A stretch of DNA of 64,000 bases from Nitrosopumilus sp. (GCA_965223425.1 OZ245003.1:2240001-2304000); one strand, 5' to 3'; positions 8,880-19,034 are shown, counted from the first letter of the stretch. Notes: generated by a model from the sequence alone, not told the origin. Program-made: numbers and translations.

Positions 8880-9740
8880 CTAATAATTTTTAATCAATAA
8901 TTCAAAGTGTCCGGTTCTCTTTTTAGAGTTGGAGTTAATTGAACGGTTGGCCTGAATCTTGTCTACCTTCCAAGGTTTCTTTGCAAACATATCTGATACC
9001 TCTTTAGAGTCTGAATTAGACAGCAAAACTTTGCATCCCTTAGAATCTAATTTCATACAAAGTTCTGCTAGCCTACTCAAATCATCATATGTGAAATCCT
9101 TGTTTGTATAACTTGTAAAATTAGCAGTTTGGCTAACTGGTTGATACGGAGGATCAAAATATACAAGATCTCCTTTTTTTGCATCTTGTAAAACTGCCCC
9201 AAAATCACGGCATTTTATTGAGACTCTGCTTGACTGCAAAATGTCACTGACAGAACGGAGGTTGTCTTCGTTGACAATATTTGGATTTGTGTATTTTCCA
9301 AGAGGCACGTTGAATTTTCCTTTGCTGTTAACACGGTACAATCCATTAAAGCAGGTTCTATTCAAAAAGAGCAGTCGAGATGTCTTTTCAATCTCGCTTC
9401 TAGGGCTGCCATCTCTAACAGAGTAGTAGTAAGATTTTGAATTTCTTTGATAACTTTTTTCATGTACTTTTAGAGAGCTGATCAATTCATCAATTCTATT
9501 TCGGATGGTAGTATAGGCCAGTACCAAATCAGAGTTTAGATCAGAGATGCCACATTTTGGTCGCGCTTGTTCGGTGAGAATATGAAAGAGAAGCGCCCCT
9601 CCTCCCAAAAATGGCTCGTAATAGATCCCAAAGGTTTTAGGTAAATTTTCATTTAAAATTGGAATTAGCTGTCTTTTGCCTCCTGCCCATTTTACAAATG
9701 GTTTTGGGGTTCCAAGTATCTGACTGTATTGCTGCTTCAC
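8880..9740 (-). CDS. Dam-family (D12 class) DNA adenine methyltransferase
   Basis: KWAGGK, EPFLGGG and DPPY motifs; stop codon abuts attR. Confidence 0.93.
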   Translation of the reverse strand: MKQQYSQILGTPKPFVKWAGGKRQLIPILNENLPKTFGIYYEPFLGGGALLFHILTEQARPKCGISDLNSDLVLAYTTIRNRIDELISSLKVHEKSYQRNSKSYYYSVRDGSPRSEIEKTSRLLFLNRTCFNGLYRVNSKGKFNVPLGKYTNPNIVNEDNLRSVSDILQSSRVSIKCRDFGAVLQDAKKGDLVYFDPPYQPVSQTANFTSYTNKDFTYDDLSRLAELCMKLDSKGCKVLLSNSDSKEVSDMFAKKPWKVDKIQANRSINSNSKKRTGHFELLIKNY

Positions 9741-9880
9741 ATGGTACTATCACAAGATTGCATATTGTCAAAAGAGACAACAAAAGATCACAACCTGTGC
9801 AATATTTTTTAATCAAATTCAAATGGTTTAGAGAATACTCTAAGCCGAATTAATAAAATGAAAAGGAAAAGGTTGAGAGC

Positions 9881-10531
9881 TTAGTCCCACTTTGACCAGG
9901 CGGCCATCCATCTGTAAGTCCAAGTGTTTAGTTTAACACCCAGCGCAGCCATAGTGACTGACAACACCGCACCTGCACCTGCACCTAGAGCAACTGGACT
10001 GTTATAGAACTTTCCAACTTGCGGTTCTATCGGTGTCATGTATGGTGGCAATGTGGGTCTTGGATACTTGAATGCCGTTTCAAGCGGGTCTGCTACTGTT
10101 ATCAGGTTTACCATGTTGAACAATGGTAATGACATTCCTACTAGTACACCTCCAAACAGTATCAACGAGTGTTTGTTCTTCTTTGTTGCCCAGTAAACCA
10201 AGTCCAACAGCATTGCTGATGGCAGCCAAACTGGAGTTACAATGAAGTCATATGGATATCCAAGTGCAAACCATGCACCTTTTGCAATCCACGTGTATAC
10301 TGTCATTATTAGAGCGTAGTACGTTGCTGTACCTGGAACACCTGTAAACGTTAGGTAATATGTTGCACCTACTACAAGCATCAACGTTTGCGATATTGAG
10401 AATACCGTAAATGAAGTCCAAGCCCAGTCAGTGTAGAAGATGTAGTCTCCTGCATTAATTGTTAACAGTGTTGAGTTAACTGCGACTACTACTATGAACA
10501 AGTAGTGAGTACATCGTCTTAACCAGACCAT
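9881..10531 (-). CDS. amoA: Ammonia monooxygenase subunit A
   Basis: MVWLRRCTHYLF...AGDYIFYTDWAW, canonical 216-aa archaeal AmoA. Confidence 0.99.
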   Translation of the reverse strand: MVWLRRCTHYLFIVVVAVNSTLLTINAGDYIFYTDWAWTSFTVFSISQTLMLVVGATYYLTFTGVPGTATYYALIMTVYTWIAKGAWFALGYPYDFIVTPVWLPSAMLLDLVYWATKKNKHSLILFGGVLVGMSLPLFNMVNLITVADPLETAFKYPRPTLPPYMTPIEPQVGKFYNSPVALGAGAGAVLSVTMAALGVKLNTWTYRWMAAWSKWD

Positions 10532-10632
10532 ATCCTGTAGAATAATGGGTCAGTATATAAAATTTTAGAGTGTGATGAAGATCTTTGTTTTTAACCTAAA
10601 AATGAAAAAGAAGTGTCTGAAGGGGTTTCCTT

Positions 10633-10995
10633 CTAGTTACCAACATACAGGGATATCAGAATTGTACCGACTGTAACACCGGCTATAACACCGGCGACTA
10701 GGCCATTACTATTCTTGTTGGAACCTTCTTCCATGACTTTAACACAGAAGATGTAACCTATTGCCTCAATGATCGTAAGTACGATGAATGCATAGTGACC
10801 ACTTGGTGTTGGATATGCCCATGGATAATAGAAGTATCCTGCTGCGGTGCCACCAAAAGTTGCCAACCATGCGGCTATGAATGAAATGGTAATCATACCA
10901 GTCATGTTTTCAACGCGCCGTCCAATCATTCGTTCTACGTCAGCGCTAGATGATCCACCGCCACCGCCAGAACCGAATCCTTTAGGTAGAGTCAT
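10633..10995 (-). CDS. amoX: Ammonia monooxygenase subunit X
   Basis: MTLPKGFG...YYPWAYP; position between amoA and amoC. Confidence 0.92.
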   Translation of the reverse strand: MTLPKGFGSGGGGGSSSADVERMIGRRVENMTGMITISFIAAWLATFGGTAAGYFYYPWAYPTPSGHYAFIVLTIIEAIGYIFCVKVMEEGSNKNSNGLVAGVIAGVTVGTILISLYVGN

Positions 10996-11112
10996 TATGG
11001 ATTTATTCTGATGCAGAATCCTTTTAAGTCTTTCTTAAATGGCCGAGTCTAGTACGATCTAGCCACAACTAAAATAATAAAAGAGAAAAAAGTGTGCTTT
11101 TGCACTTTTTGT

Positions 11113-11688
11113 CTATGGAATTGATCTGCTGTACAATTTGCCTTCTAGGGCCATCTTGTACATTTCTGCAACATATGGGTTCTCTCCAGGAGTTTCTGCG
11201 CCTAGTTCTACGAGTCTAGCATATACCCTGACTACGTATGCAAGTGCACCCATGAATGCAACTACTACACCCATGTTAAACATCCAGTGGTTCGGAACCG
11301 CAAAGATTTCTTCTACAAACCAGAAATGCCACATCTCATTAACTCCAATTGTAAACATAGTTGCAAGGTAACCAAGGATGGTCATCTTCAAACCTGTGTT
11401 CATTGAATTGTTTGGGCCTCTGAGAATTGGAATCTTTCTATCATAGATTGCTGCTGCTCCCCATCCAAGTGGTAATGTAATGAAGTGGGAGTATAACCAC
11501 CAGTGTGCTGGTGTAAATGCACTATCTCTGATAGAGGTCTGATGTAGAGAACCATCAACGAAGTTATCTACTTCGACTGATGCTGCAGTGGATCCCATAG
11601 CAATAACGATGAGCCAGATTTTTTTTAGTCTCTGAATCTCAACTTCTTTTGGGATTAATGCGGGCATCTGTGCCATAGTTACTGTCAT
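11113..11688 (-). CDS. amoC: Ammonia monooxygenase subunit C
   Basis: EVDNFVDGSLHQ, FTPAHWW and NEMWHFWFVEEIF motifs. Confidence 0.98.
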   Translation of the reverse strand: MTVTMAQMPALIPKEVEIQRLKKIWLIVIAMGSTAASVEVDNFVDGSLHQTSIRDSAFTPAHWWLYSHFITLPLGWGAAAIYDRKIPILRGPNNSMNTGLKMTILGYLATMFTIGVNEMWHFWFVEEIFAVPNHWMFNMGVVVAFMGALAYVVRVYARLVELGAETPGENPYVAEMYKMALEGKLYSRSIP

Positions 11689-11931
11689 GTATGCTCTGAA
11701 TATAAAGTAAGAGTTTTGAATGCATTAAATTTTTATCAAAAATGTCACACGAGTTTTAGAAGATTATGAAAATAATTGATTTTTTATGATTTAAAATATA
11801 ATAATTTTAATATTTTTTGACTGCTTTCATTGTTAATCATCAATGATAATCATTGTATTAAGTATCGATCCTCGTTATGAAGGTAAAACATATAACGACG
11901 TGTATTATCTTTCAGAATATTAGGGATAACT

Positions 11932-12501
11932 ATGGTCGAAAAAAAGATTTTCGTATTCGGACTGGCTGTTGTACTTGCACTAGGAACTTTAGGTTTCAAC
12001 TGGGTTGAATCAATTCTTCCAACAGCAGATGCACACGGTGTCCAAGCACAACTTCAGAGTCGTTTCATCAGAATTGAAGATGAGACCTTTAACAGACAAT
12101 CTCTACAAACTGGCGAAACCTTGACAGTTCAAGGAACACTAGTCAGCCTTGTAGAAAGGGATCTAAGAGGATGGCTATCCATTTTCTCAGAATCTACTAA
12201 TGCTGGAAACAGATGGGAGATGCTGGCAAGAGACCCACCAGGCAATGTCTTTGACATTTCAGGAAACTCTGTCACAGAATATTCACTATCTGCAAAAGCA
12301 CTTGAAGCAGGTGTCTACCACGTACACACCCAACTCAATGTAGCACAAGTAGGTCCAGGACTCGGTCCAGGTCAAACAGTTGTAGTTGAAGGAGAACCAA
12401 TTATCAAACCAATTCCATATACCAACATCGCATACCAATCAATCATAATTGGCGTTGGATATGTAATCACGTTTGCTACACGACCCTGGCAAGTAATCTA
12501 A
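11932..12501 (+). CDS. amoB: Ammonia monooxygenase subunit B
   Basis: Signal peptide then HGVQAQLQSRF; YHVHTQ copper motif. Confidence 0.98.
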   Translation: MVEKKIFVFGLAVVLALGTLGFNWVESILPTADAHGVQAQLQSRFIRIEDETFNRQSLQTGETLTVQGTLVSLVERDLRGWLSIFSESTNAGNRWEMLARDPPGNVFDISGNSVTEYSLSAKALEAGVYHVHTQLNVAQVGPGLGPGQTVVVEGEPIIKPIPYTNIAYQSIIIGVGYVITFATRPWQVI

Positions 12502-12587
12502 ACCACCCAACCTTTTCCTTTTCATTTTCTAACTAATCATTAGTTCCCGCATGTTCAAGTTTTATTGTAGAGAACAATAATGAAAAC

Positions 12588-12902
12588 ATGCTAAGCTTCA
12601 AGATAACAAAATTAGATATTTTTCAAAGTTATTTTTTTGGCGAAGTTTCATTTCGTTCTGACAAATACAAAATCAATGTACAAAATCAGAGAAGGGGTAA
12701 AGTTCTAAAATTACCTTTTGAGATAAAGCCAAAAAATGAAAAAGTCATTGTCAGAATGACAGGCCCAGACGACTTGTTTGTTGAAGACTATCTCCCATAT
12801 AGAGGGGAGTCAGAATGGCTTGAAATTGACTCAGATGAAATAACGTATTTTCTGGCAGACCATCAAGATCAGTTGGACACTATTGAGATAATGTATGACT
12901 AA
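12588..12902 (+). CDS. Hypothetical protein
   Basis: 104-aa ORF downstream of amoB. Confidence 0.7.
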   Translation: MLSFKITKLDIFQSYFFGEVSFRSDKYKINVQNQRRGKVLKLPFEIKPKNEKVIVRMTGPDDLFVEDYLPYRGESEWLEIDSDEITYFLADHQDQLDTIEIMYD

Positions 12903-12940
12903 GAGAAAGGACTTTAAGGAATCTGGTCCAAGTCATCACT

Positions 12941-13465
12941 ATGATTTGGCCTGGAATGGGAGATCCAACAAAGCGCAAGAAAACAATAAGGTTTCTAGCA
13001 ATCACGGCAGTTATTGCAATTTCAGTAGGTGCGGCAAGTAGTCTAATTCAGGGTCAGATTAGCCAAAATGATCCTCTAAAAGTTTGCATAAATGACAAGG
13101 AGACACCATACAAGATCAAGGCAACATTGGAGCTGTTAATTGATGGTCAAAAAGCAGACATTCCAGCTAACATAGGATTGAGTGAGGGAGACTGTCATAG
13201 AACCATGTACACACTAACTAACGACGGAACGATCTATGCAGAATGGACAGAAGAATATTCATTTCAGATAGGCCACTTTTTGTGGATGTGGGATTTTCCT
13301 CTAAAAGACATGGAGCAGAGCAAATCAGCAATTTACGTCAATGGTAAAGAGTCGCCTCATTTCATCAACCATCCGTTGCAAGATGGGCATCACTACAAGG
13401 CAGAGTTTACTTCAAAGGAATATGACGAGTCAAAAGACAGTGATTTCCTTCCACCAGAAAATTAG
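12941..13465 (+). CDS. Membrane-anchored hypothetical protein
   Basis: N-terminal TM helix; IPANIG...C motif. Confidence 0.75.
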   Translation: MIWPGMGDPTKRKKTIRFLAITAVIAISVGAASSLIQGQISQNDPLKVCINDKETPYKIKATLELLIDGQKADIPANIGLSEGDCHRTMYTLTNDGTIYAEWTEEYSFQIGHFLWMWDFPLKDMEQSKSAIYVNGKESPHFINHPLQDGHHYKAEFTSKEYDESKDSDFLPPEN

Positions 13466-13564
13466 ACATTTCGGATTTTATAAAAAATCAAGTTTTCTAA
13501 ATTAATTACCAAAACCACATACAGCAAAACTGGAGATTTTAAAAATAATGAAAAGAAAGAAGGA

Positions 13565-13834
13565 TTACCAGTATTTACCGTTGTCTGGAATAAGACCGAT
13601 ACCTTCTCTTTCAAAGTGTCTGTCCAACTCGTCGACCCATCTTTCACGGTTGTCTTTGTATGCCCATCCGTGTACGCGCAACCAGAATGAGATAATTCCA
13701 AGAAGGAATACTGTGAACATGATGGTTCCGAAGATGTAAATCATTACATCATAGAATAGTGGATCATAGTTTGGTCCTAGCTGTCCTGTAATTGATGACA
13801 GGATACTTAGGAAAGTACCTACGATAGGAATCAT
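13565..13834 (-). CDS. amoY: Small membrane protein, probable AmoY
   Basis: TM helix; position between the amo cluster and rps15 matches recalled AOA synteny. Confidence 0.55.
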   Translation of the reverse strand: MIPIVGTFLSILSSITGQLGPNYDPLFYDVMIYIFGTIMFTVFLLGIISFWLRVHGWAYKDNRERWVDELDRHFEREGIGLIPDNGKYW

Positions 13835-13940
13835 GATATTTTGGCTCTATTTGTGCGATATATACATTTCCTTTATTATCAGAAATAACGAGATCAGTAT
13901 ACACTAGAAATTAGTAATAAAATAAGAGAAAAGTGGATTT

Positions 13941-14273
13941 TTATCCTCTGCCCATTGCTGCGTATTTGCCAGATCTTCCTTTAAGAAGTAAAGCTCCTGC
14001 AATACCACCAAAGACTGCAGCTGAAATAGCAGCAGCGCCAAGTACACCATCTGCGTCAAGATACGGAGTTCCTGAACCAGATGCTGGATTTGCTTCAGCA
14101 GCTTCGATTCTTCTACGTTGAATCTCAAGTGCTTCCTCTAATGTGTAAGATCCTGTTTCTCCTGCATCGCCAACGTTACCCATGTATTGGGCAAATGCAA
14201 TTGATGCTGCACCGATGGCACCGAAGAAAAATACAGAAAGCATGGTCGCCGTTAAGAGTATTCTTGTATTCAT
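13941..14273 (-). CDS. amoZ: Signal peptide plus C-terminal TM protein, probable AmoZ
   Basis: Signal peptide, helical TLEEALEIQRRRIE segment, C-terminal TM; synteny. Confidence 0.55.
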   Translation of the reverse strand: MNTRILLTATMLSVFFFGAIGAASIAFAQYMGNVGDAGETGSYTLEEALEIQRRRIEAAEANPASGSGTPYLDADGVLGAAAISAAVFGGIAGALLLKGRSGKYAAMGRG

Positions 14274-14397
14274 ACTGATTTACCTGTTCGTTTTGAAGCC
14301 AGAGACTTATTTAACTTTTATTCTAAACCCCAAATTTCGGCATTATGTACGAGATCAGTAAAGTAACGTTTAATTTTGTTCTAAAATCAGCCAAATC

Positions 14398-14847
14398 ATG
14401 GGACGAATGCATACGCACAGACATGGAAAGTCACATTCTATTAGACCTGCCACACTGCGTGCACCCTCGTGGATAACCCAAAGTCCCAAAGAAATCGAAG
14501 AACTAGTGATAAAATATTCTAAGGAAGGATTGACCCCCAGTCAGATTGGAATTAAACTAAGGGATCAGCATTCAATTCCACTAATCAAGCCAATTACCAA
14601 AAAAAGCATTGGTGAGATTTTAGAAGAAAATGATTTGAAAGCAGAGATGCCTGAAGATCTTGAAAATATCGTCAAAAAGGCAGTAGGCCTTCAAAAACAT
14701 CTCAAAGCAAACAAAGGAGACAGGAGAAACGTAAGATCTTTGGAATTAATTGAGGCCAAAGTTCACAGATTATCTGTATACTACAAAAAAATTGAAAGAA
14801 TTCCTAAAAACTGGAAATATAAATCCGTGGTTGCCCAACTAGAGTAA
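14398..14847 (+). CDS. rps15: 30S ribosomal protein S15 (uS15)
   Basis: MGRMH...PSQIGIKLRDQ...PEDL. Confidence 0.97.
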   Translation: MGRMHTHRHGKSHSIRPATLRAPSWITQSPKEIEELVIKYSKEGLTPSQIGIKLRDQHSIPLIKPITKKSIGEILEENDLKAEMPEDLENIVKKAVGLQKHLKANKGDRRNVRSLELIEAKVHRLSVYYKKIERIPKNWKYKSVVAQLE

Positions 14848-16268
14848 TGACAAAACCACTTGACGAGTCACTCTCGTTTTTCAAAGATAAAATTTCAGAT
14901 TGCATAAAATCCAGAAAATCAATTTTTGTCACAACCCATATTGATTGTGATGGACTTACATCTGGCAGCATTATTACCAAAGCTCTAATCAGGGCAGGGG
15001 CCAAATGTACTGTTAGAACATCAAAAGAATTCAGTAAAAACGTAGCAGAATCCTTCAAAACAGATTCTAGGGATTTTCACATAGTGACAGATCTGGGCGG
15101 AGGGTTTGCAAAGAATCTAGACGAGGCTTTGGGAGACAACTGGGTTGTCTTAGATCATCACCAGATACCAGATGAGGAGTTGGACAATCAAAACGTCATC
15201 AATGCTTGGAGATACGGAATTGATGGAGGAGCTGAGATTTGTGCAGGCGGAATGGCATATCTTGCATCAACTGCACTTGATGAAAGAAATTCAGATTTGT
15301 CTGCAATAGCAGTTGTTTCTGCATTAGGGGATAGGCAAGACCAGGGAGAAAGAAAGTCATTTACAGGTAAGAATTTTGAGATTGCAAACACTGCCAAAGA
15401 ATTGGGTTTGGTGGATATTGATTTGGATTTACTGCTAGTTGGAAGAGAGACAAGACCGCTCCCAGATGCACTGGCATTTACTTCACAGCCATTCATCGAA
15501 GGCCTGACCTGGAATAGAGATGCATGTCTTTCACTCCTGAGTTCATCAGGAATTCAGTTAAAGGATGGGGGGAGATGGAGGGTTCCAGCAGAACTAGACG
15601 AAGAAGAAAAAAGACTAGTGATTGAATCAATTACCAAATTCACTTCTGGAAAAAACGCCACTGAAATAATGTCAGAGTTAATTGGATATACCTACACATT
15701 CCCAAAAGAGGACAAAAGGAGCTTCCTGCGAGACGGAAGGGAGTTTTCAACCATGCTAAACTCGTGTGGAAGAATCAATCGTTCAGGTGTTGGAATGGCA
15801 GTATGTATGGGAGACAGAAACAAGATCCTAAGGGAGGGCGAGGCCATTTTAACAGATTATCGAAAGATGATTCGAGAATACATGAATATTTTGTCAAATG
15901 AGAGATGGAGGATTTCTGAAAGTGAAACCTGTGTCATGGTAAATGGTGAGGACATAGTTCCAGAAACAATGACTGGGACCATCTCATCGCTGATTGCAGG
16001 GGCGCCAAAAAATGCTGGAAAAATTGTAATTTTGAGGACCAAGGCCGAGGAAAACACAATAAAGTTCTCATCAAGAAAATCATTTGGCTGTAAATCCGAT
16101 ATCAATCTAAGCGAGCTAATGAGAACAGGCGCTGAGAAATTTGATGGTGTCGGCGGAGGCCATGATGCAGCAGCTGGGGCAAAAATAACTAAAGACAAAT
16201 TAGATGACTTTCTGAACTATCTAGAAGTAAATGTCGTTAACGTGTCAAGTGCAGGTAGTTCTCAATAA
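14847..16268 (+). CDS. RecJ-like DHH phosphoesterase
   Basis: HIDCDG, DHH and GGGH motifs. Confidence 0.92.
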   Translation: MTKPLDESLSFFKDKISDCIKSRKSIFVTTHIDCDGLTSGSIITKALIRAGAKCTVRTSKEFSKNVAESFKTDSRDFHIVTDLGGGFAKNLDEALGDNWVVLDHHQIPDEELDNQNVINAWRYGIDGGAEICAGGMAYLASTALDERNSDLSAIAVVSALGDRQDQGERKSFTGKNFEIANTAKELGLVDIDLDLLLVGRETRPLPDALAFTSQPFIEGLTWNRDACLSLLSSSGIQLKDGGRWRVPAELDEEEKRLVIESITKFTSGKNATEIMSELIGYTYTFPKEDKRSFLRDGREFSTMLNSCGRINRSGVGMAVCMGDRNKILREGEAILTDYRKMIREYMNILSNERWRISESETCVMVNGEDIVPETMTGTISSLIAGAPKNAGKIVILRTKAEENTIKFSSRKSFGCKSDINLSELMRTGAEKFDGVGGGHDAAAGAKITKDKLDDFLNYLEVNVVNVSSAGSSQ

Positions 16269-16473
16269 CATACCAAAAGAAAAGGCAGAAACTGTCAAAA
16301 AAGCATTAGAGCCTGATAATGTGAATTTTCCAGAAGGACTGAGCCTTTATGTTGAAAATATTGATAACAAGCTAGTTTTTAGTTTTGAAAGTAGGGGGAA
16401 CATGAAACAACTTATTGGTACCATTGATGAAGTGTTAGAACATGTACAGGTTGCGTTAAAGGTGATTGAGTAA
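16231..16473 (+). CDS. pcc1: KEOPS subunit Pcc1
   Basis: ALEPDN motif, size and conserved context. Confidence 0.8.
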   Translation: MSLTCQVQVVLNNIPKEKAETVKKALEPDNVNFPEGLSLYVENIDNKLVFSFESRGNMKQLIGTIDEVLEHVQVALKVIE

Positions 16474-17738
16474 TGTTAGATCCTAAATTAATCAAAGAAA
16501 AATCACAGGTTATTCTAGACATGCTCAAAGCAAGAAATGTAGACTTTGACTTGGATGCACTAATAGAATCTGATCAGAGAAGACGTGAGTTTATAATCAA
16601 AACAGATGAGCTGAGAAAAAAGAAAAATCAGGTGGCACTAGAAATTTCGCAAAAAAAGAAGGCAGGCCAGGACGCATCGTCGATACTAGCAGAAATGAAA
16701 AATGTTTCAGACAAGCTTGTAAAATTAGAATCAGAGCAAAACGTTATTGAAGCTGAATATTCAGTGTTAGCATCGTCAATTCCAAATCTTGTTCACAAGT
16801 CAGTCCCCATTGGGGCAGATGAAGGCGCCAACAAGGAAGTTAGAAAGTGGGGGGAGATTCCAAATTTTGACTTTGAGATAAGGGACCATATTGACATTTC
16901 TGAAAATCTCGATCTGGTAGACCTGGAAAGAGCCGCAAAAGTGGCAGGGGCTAGATTTTATTTTCTAAAAAACGATCTAGTAAGACTAAACCAGTCACTA
17001 ATTCATTATGCGTTAGATTTTCTTGCAAAAAAAGGGTATTTGCTTGTCCAACCGCCCTACATGATTAATCGAGAGTCAATGGAGGGGGCAGTAATTGCCG
17101 ATGATTTTGAAGAGGTCATCTACAAAGTTGAGGATGAAGATCTATACATGATTGGAACATCTGAGCATGCCATGGCAGCTATGCATTCAAAAGAGATCAT
17201 AGAGGGAAAAGATCTGCCTATCAGGTATGCCGGTGTTAGTCCATGTTTTAGAAAAGAAGCAGGGGCACACGGAAGAGATCAGAAAGGAATTTTCAGAGTG
17301 CATCAATTTGACAAAATTGAACAGTTTGTGTTTGCAAGACCAGAGGATTCTTGGGACGAGCACGAAAAGATGCTGTTAGCAGCCGAGGAGTTTTATCAGA
17401 ACTTGGAGATCCCACACAAAGTAATGTTGCTCTCATCAGGGGACATGGGAAAGGTTTCAGCAAAGACATATGACATTGAAGCTTGGATGGCAGGACAAAA
17501 CGCCTATAGGGAAATTGTGTCTTGTTCAAATTGTCTGGATTATCAAGCAAGAAGACTAAAGATCAGATTTAGAGACAAAACAAACGAGGATACGCAGTAT
17601 TTGCATACGCTAAACAGCACCCTTGTTGCCACCACTAGAGTTCTAGTCTCCATGATGGAAAACTTCCAAACAAAAGACGGCCACATTAGAATCCCCCAGG
17701 TTTTACAGAGTTACATGGAAAATCAGAAAGAGATCTAG
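16473..17738 (+). CDS. serS: Seryl-tRNA synthetase
   Basis: GTSE, FRKEAG, FRVHQF and EIVSCSNC motifs. Confidence 0.98.
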   Translation: MLDPKLIKEKSQVILDMLKARNVDFDLDALIESDQRRREFIIKTDELRKKKNQVALEISQKKKAGQDASSILAEMKNVSDKLVKLESEQNVIEAEYSVLASSIPNLVHKSVPIGADEGANKEVRKWGEIPNFDFEIRDHIDISENLDLVDLERAAKVAGARFYFLKNDLVRLNQSLIHYALDFLAKKGYLLVQPPYMINRESMEGAVIADDFEEVIYKVEDEDLYMIGTSEHAMAAMHSKEIIEGKDLPIRYAGVSPCFRKEAGAHGRDQKGIFRVHQFDKIEQFVFARPEDSWDEHEKMLLAAEEFYQNLEIPHKVMLLSSGDMGKVSAKTYDIEAWMAGQNAYREIVSCSNCLDYQARRLKIRFRDKTNEDTQYLHTLNSTLVATTRVLVSMMENFQTKDGHIRIPQVLQSYMENQKEI

Positions 17739-17770
17739 TGATATACCCTTATACGCGCCTCCACAGGGAT

Positions 17771-17902
17771 TCCGCATACGCACCTGACTGCGCAGGACAG
17801 ATGATCATGCCGGGCTTGGCGTTTGCCGTGACTGCCAAACGGCAAGGTAGTACTGGAAGGGAACCCGGACACGCAGTGAAGGCGGATCTAAAGGTTGTAG
17901 CG
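17771..17902. ncRNA. Candidate structured non-coding element (continues at 19037..19100 after the IS)
   Basis: Four nested stems TCCGC/GCGGA, ACTGCG/CGCAGT, CCGGG/CCCGG, TTGCCGT/ACGGCAA; GC-rich. Confidence 0.45.
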
Positions 17903-19034
17903 TAGTGAATTGGATTAACAATCGCTCACAAAACAGACAACATTATTCAACCACAAGATCTAGATCCCAGTGTATGGCAGAATCCGCATGAAATACAACA
18001 ATTCTGCAATACCGGCAGACAGAAGGTTCCTGTCCGGCGTCTCCAGTGCGCGCCTGCGCAGCATGCAAAAAAAGGAGACAGATCCCAGGGCCGCAGCAAG
18101 GCTGCTGGCATATGCCATGCGCAAGGAGGGCATGTCCATACGCCAGATATGCAGGGCCCTCAACAGGTCATACTCTACAGTACGGGGCTGGCTTGTGCGC
18201 GCCGCACAGCTTGGCACCTGCGGCAGGTACGACATCAAAAACAAAGGCGCGCCAAACAAGCTCGATCCGGAACAGACAAAGCAGCTGCGCGCAGACCTGC
18301 TGGCAGGCCCGCGCAGTTGCGGCTTTGAGTCCGGAGTGTGGACGGCACCGCTGCTGGCCGCACACATCAGAAAAAAGTTCGGCGTGCAGTATGCCACTGT
18401 CAGCATATATGACATACTGCACAGGATGGGCTTTTCGTGCAGAAAGCCGCGTCCAAAGCACCCAAAATCAGCCTCAGAATCAGAGAAAAAAGAGTTTAAA
18501 AAAAAAGCAGGGGAGATAATCCAGAGTCATCCAGACCATACGGTGATTACAGTTGATGAGGCCTCCTTTATCATTGGGTGGAATACCAAGAACGGGTGGT
18601 ACCTCAAGGGCAAGCCCGTCACCACTCCAGTCAGCCTGTCGCGCAAAAGGTTCTACTCGTTTGGGGCGCTGTACGACGGCGGCTTTGACTGCAGGTTCTA
18701 TGCCAAGGCCAACAGCTACAGCTTTGTGGACATGCTCGGACACCTGCATCTCAAGCACGGCAAGATCATCGTCTTTCTTGATAACGCATCATACCACAAG
18801 TCAAAGATGGTCAATGATTTTGTCGACTCGTATGACGGCGACATAGTCCTTGTTTACTTGCCCGTGTACACCCCGGAGCTGAATACCACGGAGGGGCAGT
18901 GGAGGCTGTTAAGAAGGGCCACTGCAAACGTGATGTATGAAAGCACAAAGGTGATGAAGGAATCCATATGGACAATGCTGGATAGACGTGAGGTCAAGAT
19001 AACAAGAATGAGCGGTTATTTATCCTAGTCACTA
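17903..19034 (+). mobile_element. IS630-family element A, copy 1
   Basis: TIR TAGTGAATTGGAT / ATCCTAGTCACTA; flanked by CG on both sides. Confidence 0.92.
17970..19028 (+). CDS. IS630 transposase
   Basis: HTH, VDEA, DNASYH and PELNTTE (DDE_3). Confidence 0.93.
   Translation: MYGRIRMKYNNSAIPADRRFLSGVSSARLRSMQKKETDPRAAARLLAYAMRKEGMSIRQICRALNRSYSTVRGWLVRAAQLGTCGRYDIKNKGAPNKLDPEQTKQLRADLLAGPRSCGFESGVWTAPLLAAHIRKKFGVQYATVSIYDILHRMGFSCRKPRPKHPKSASESEKKEFKKKAGEIIQSHPDHTVITVDEASFIIGWNTKNGWYLKGKPVTTPVSLSRKRFYSFGALYDGGFDCRFYAKANSYSFVDMLGHLHLKHGKIIVFLDNASYHKSKMVNDFVDSYDGDIVLVYLPVYTPELNTTEGQWRLLRRATANVMYESTKVMKESIWTMLDRREVKITRMSGYLS

Larger units (their letters stand above)
6926..8881. mobile_element. 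Integrated element at tRNA-Thr bounded by a 45-bp att direct repeat
   Basis: 6926..6970 repeated at 8837..8881 with 2 mismatches; AT-rich cargo. Confidence 0.9.

Noticed and set aside
8837-8881. Second tRNA-Thr gene
   Set aside because: Only the 3' half is present; it is the att repeat.
17735-17760. Xer/dif site at the island junction
   Set aside because: The reconstructed empty site lacks the 11-6-11 inverted arm symmetry.
17754-17902. Group II intron or coding fragment
   Set aside because: No GTGCG 5' end, domain V or RT ORF is recognisable, and translations of the frames show no known motif.
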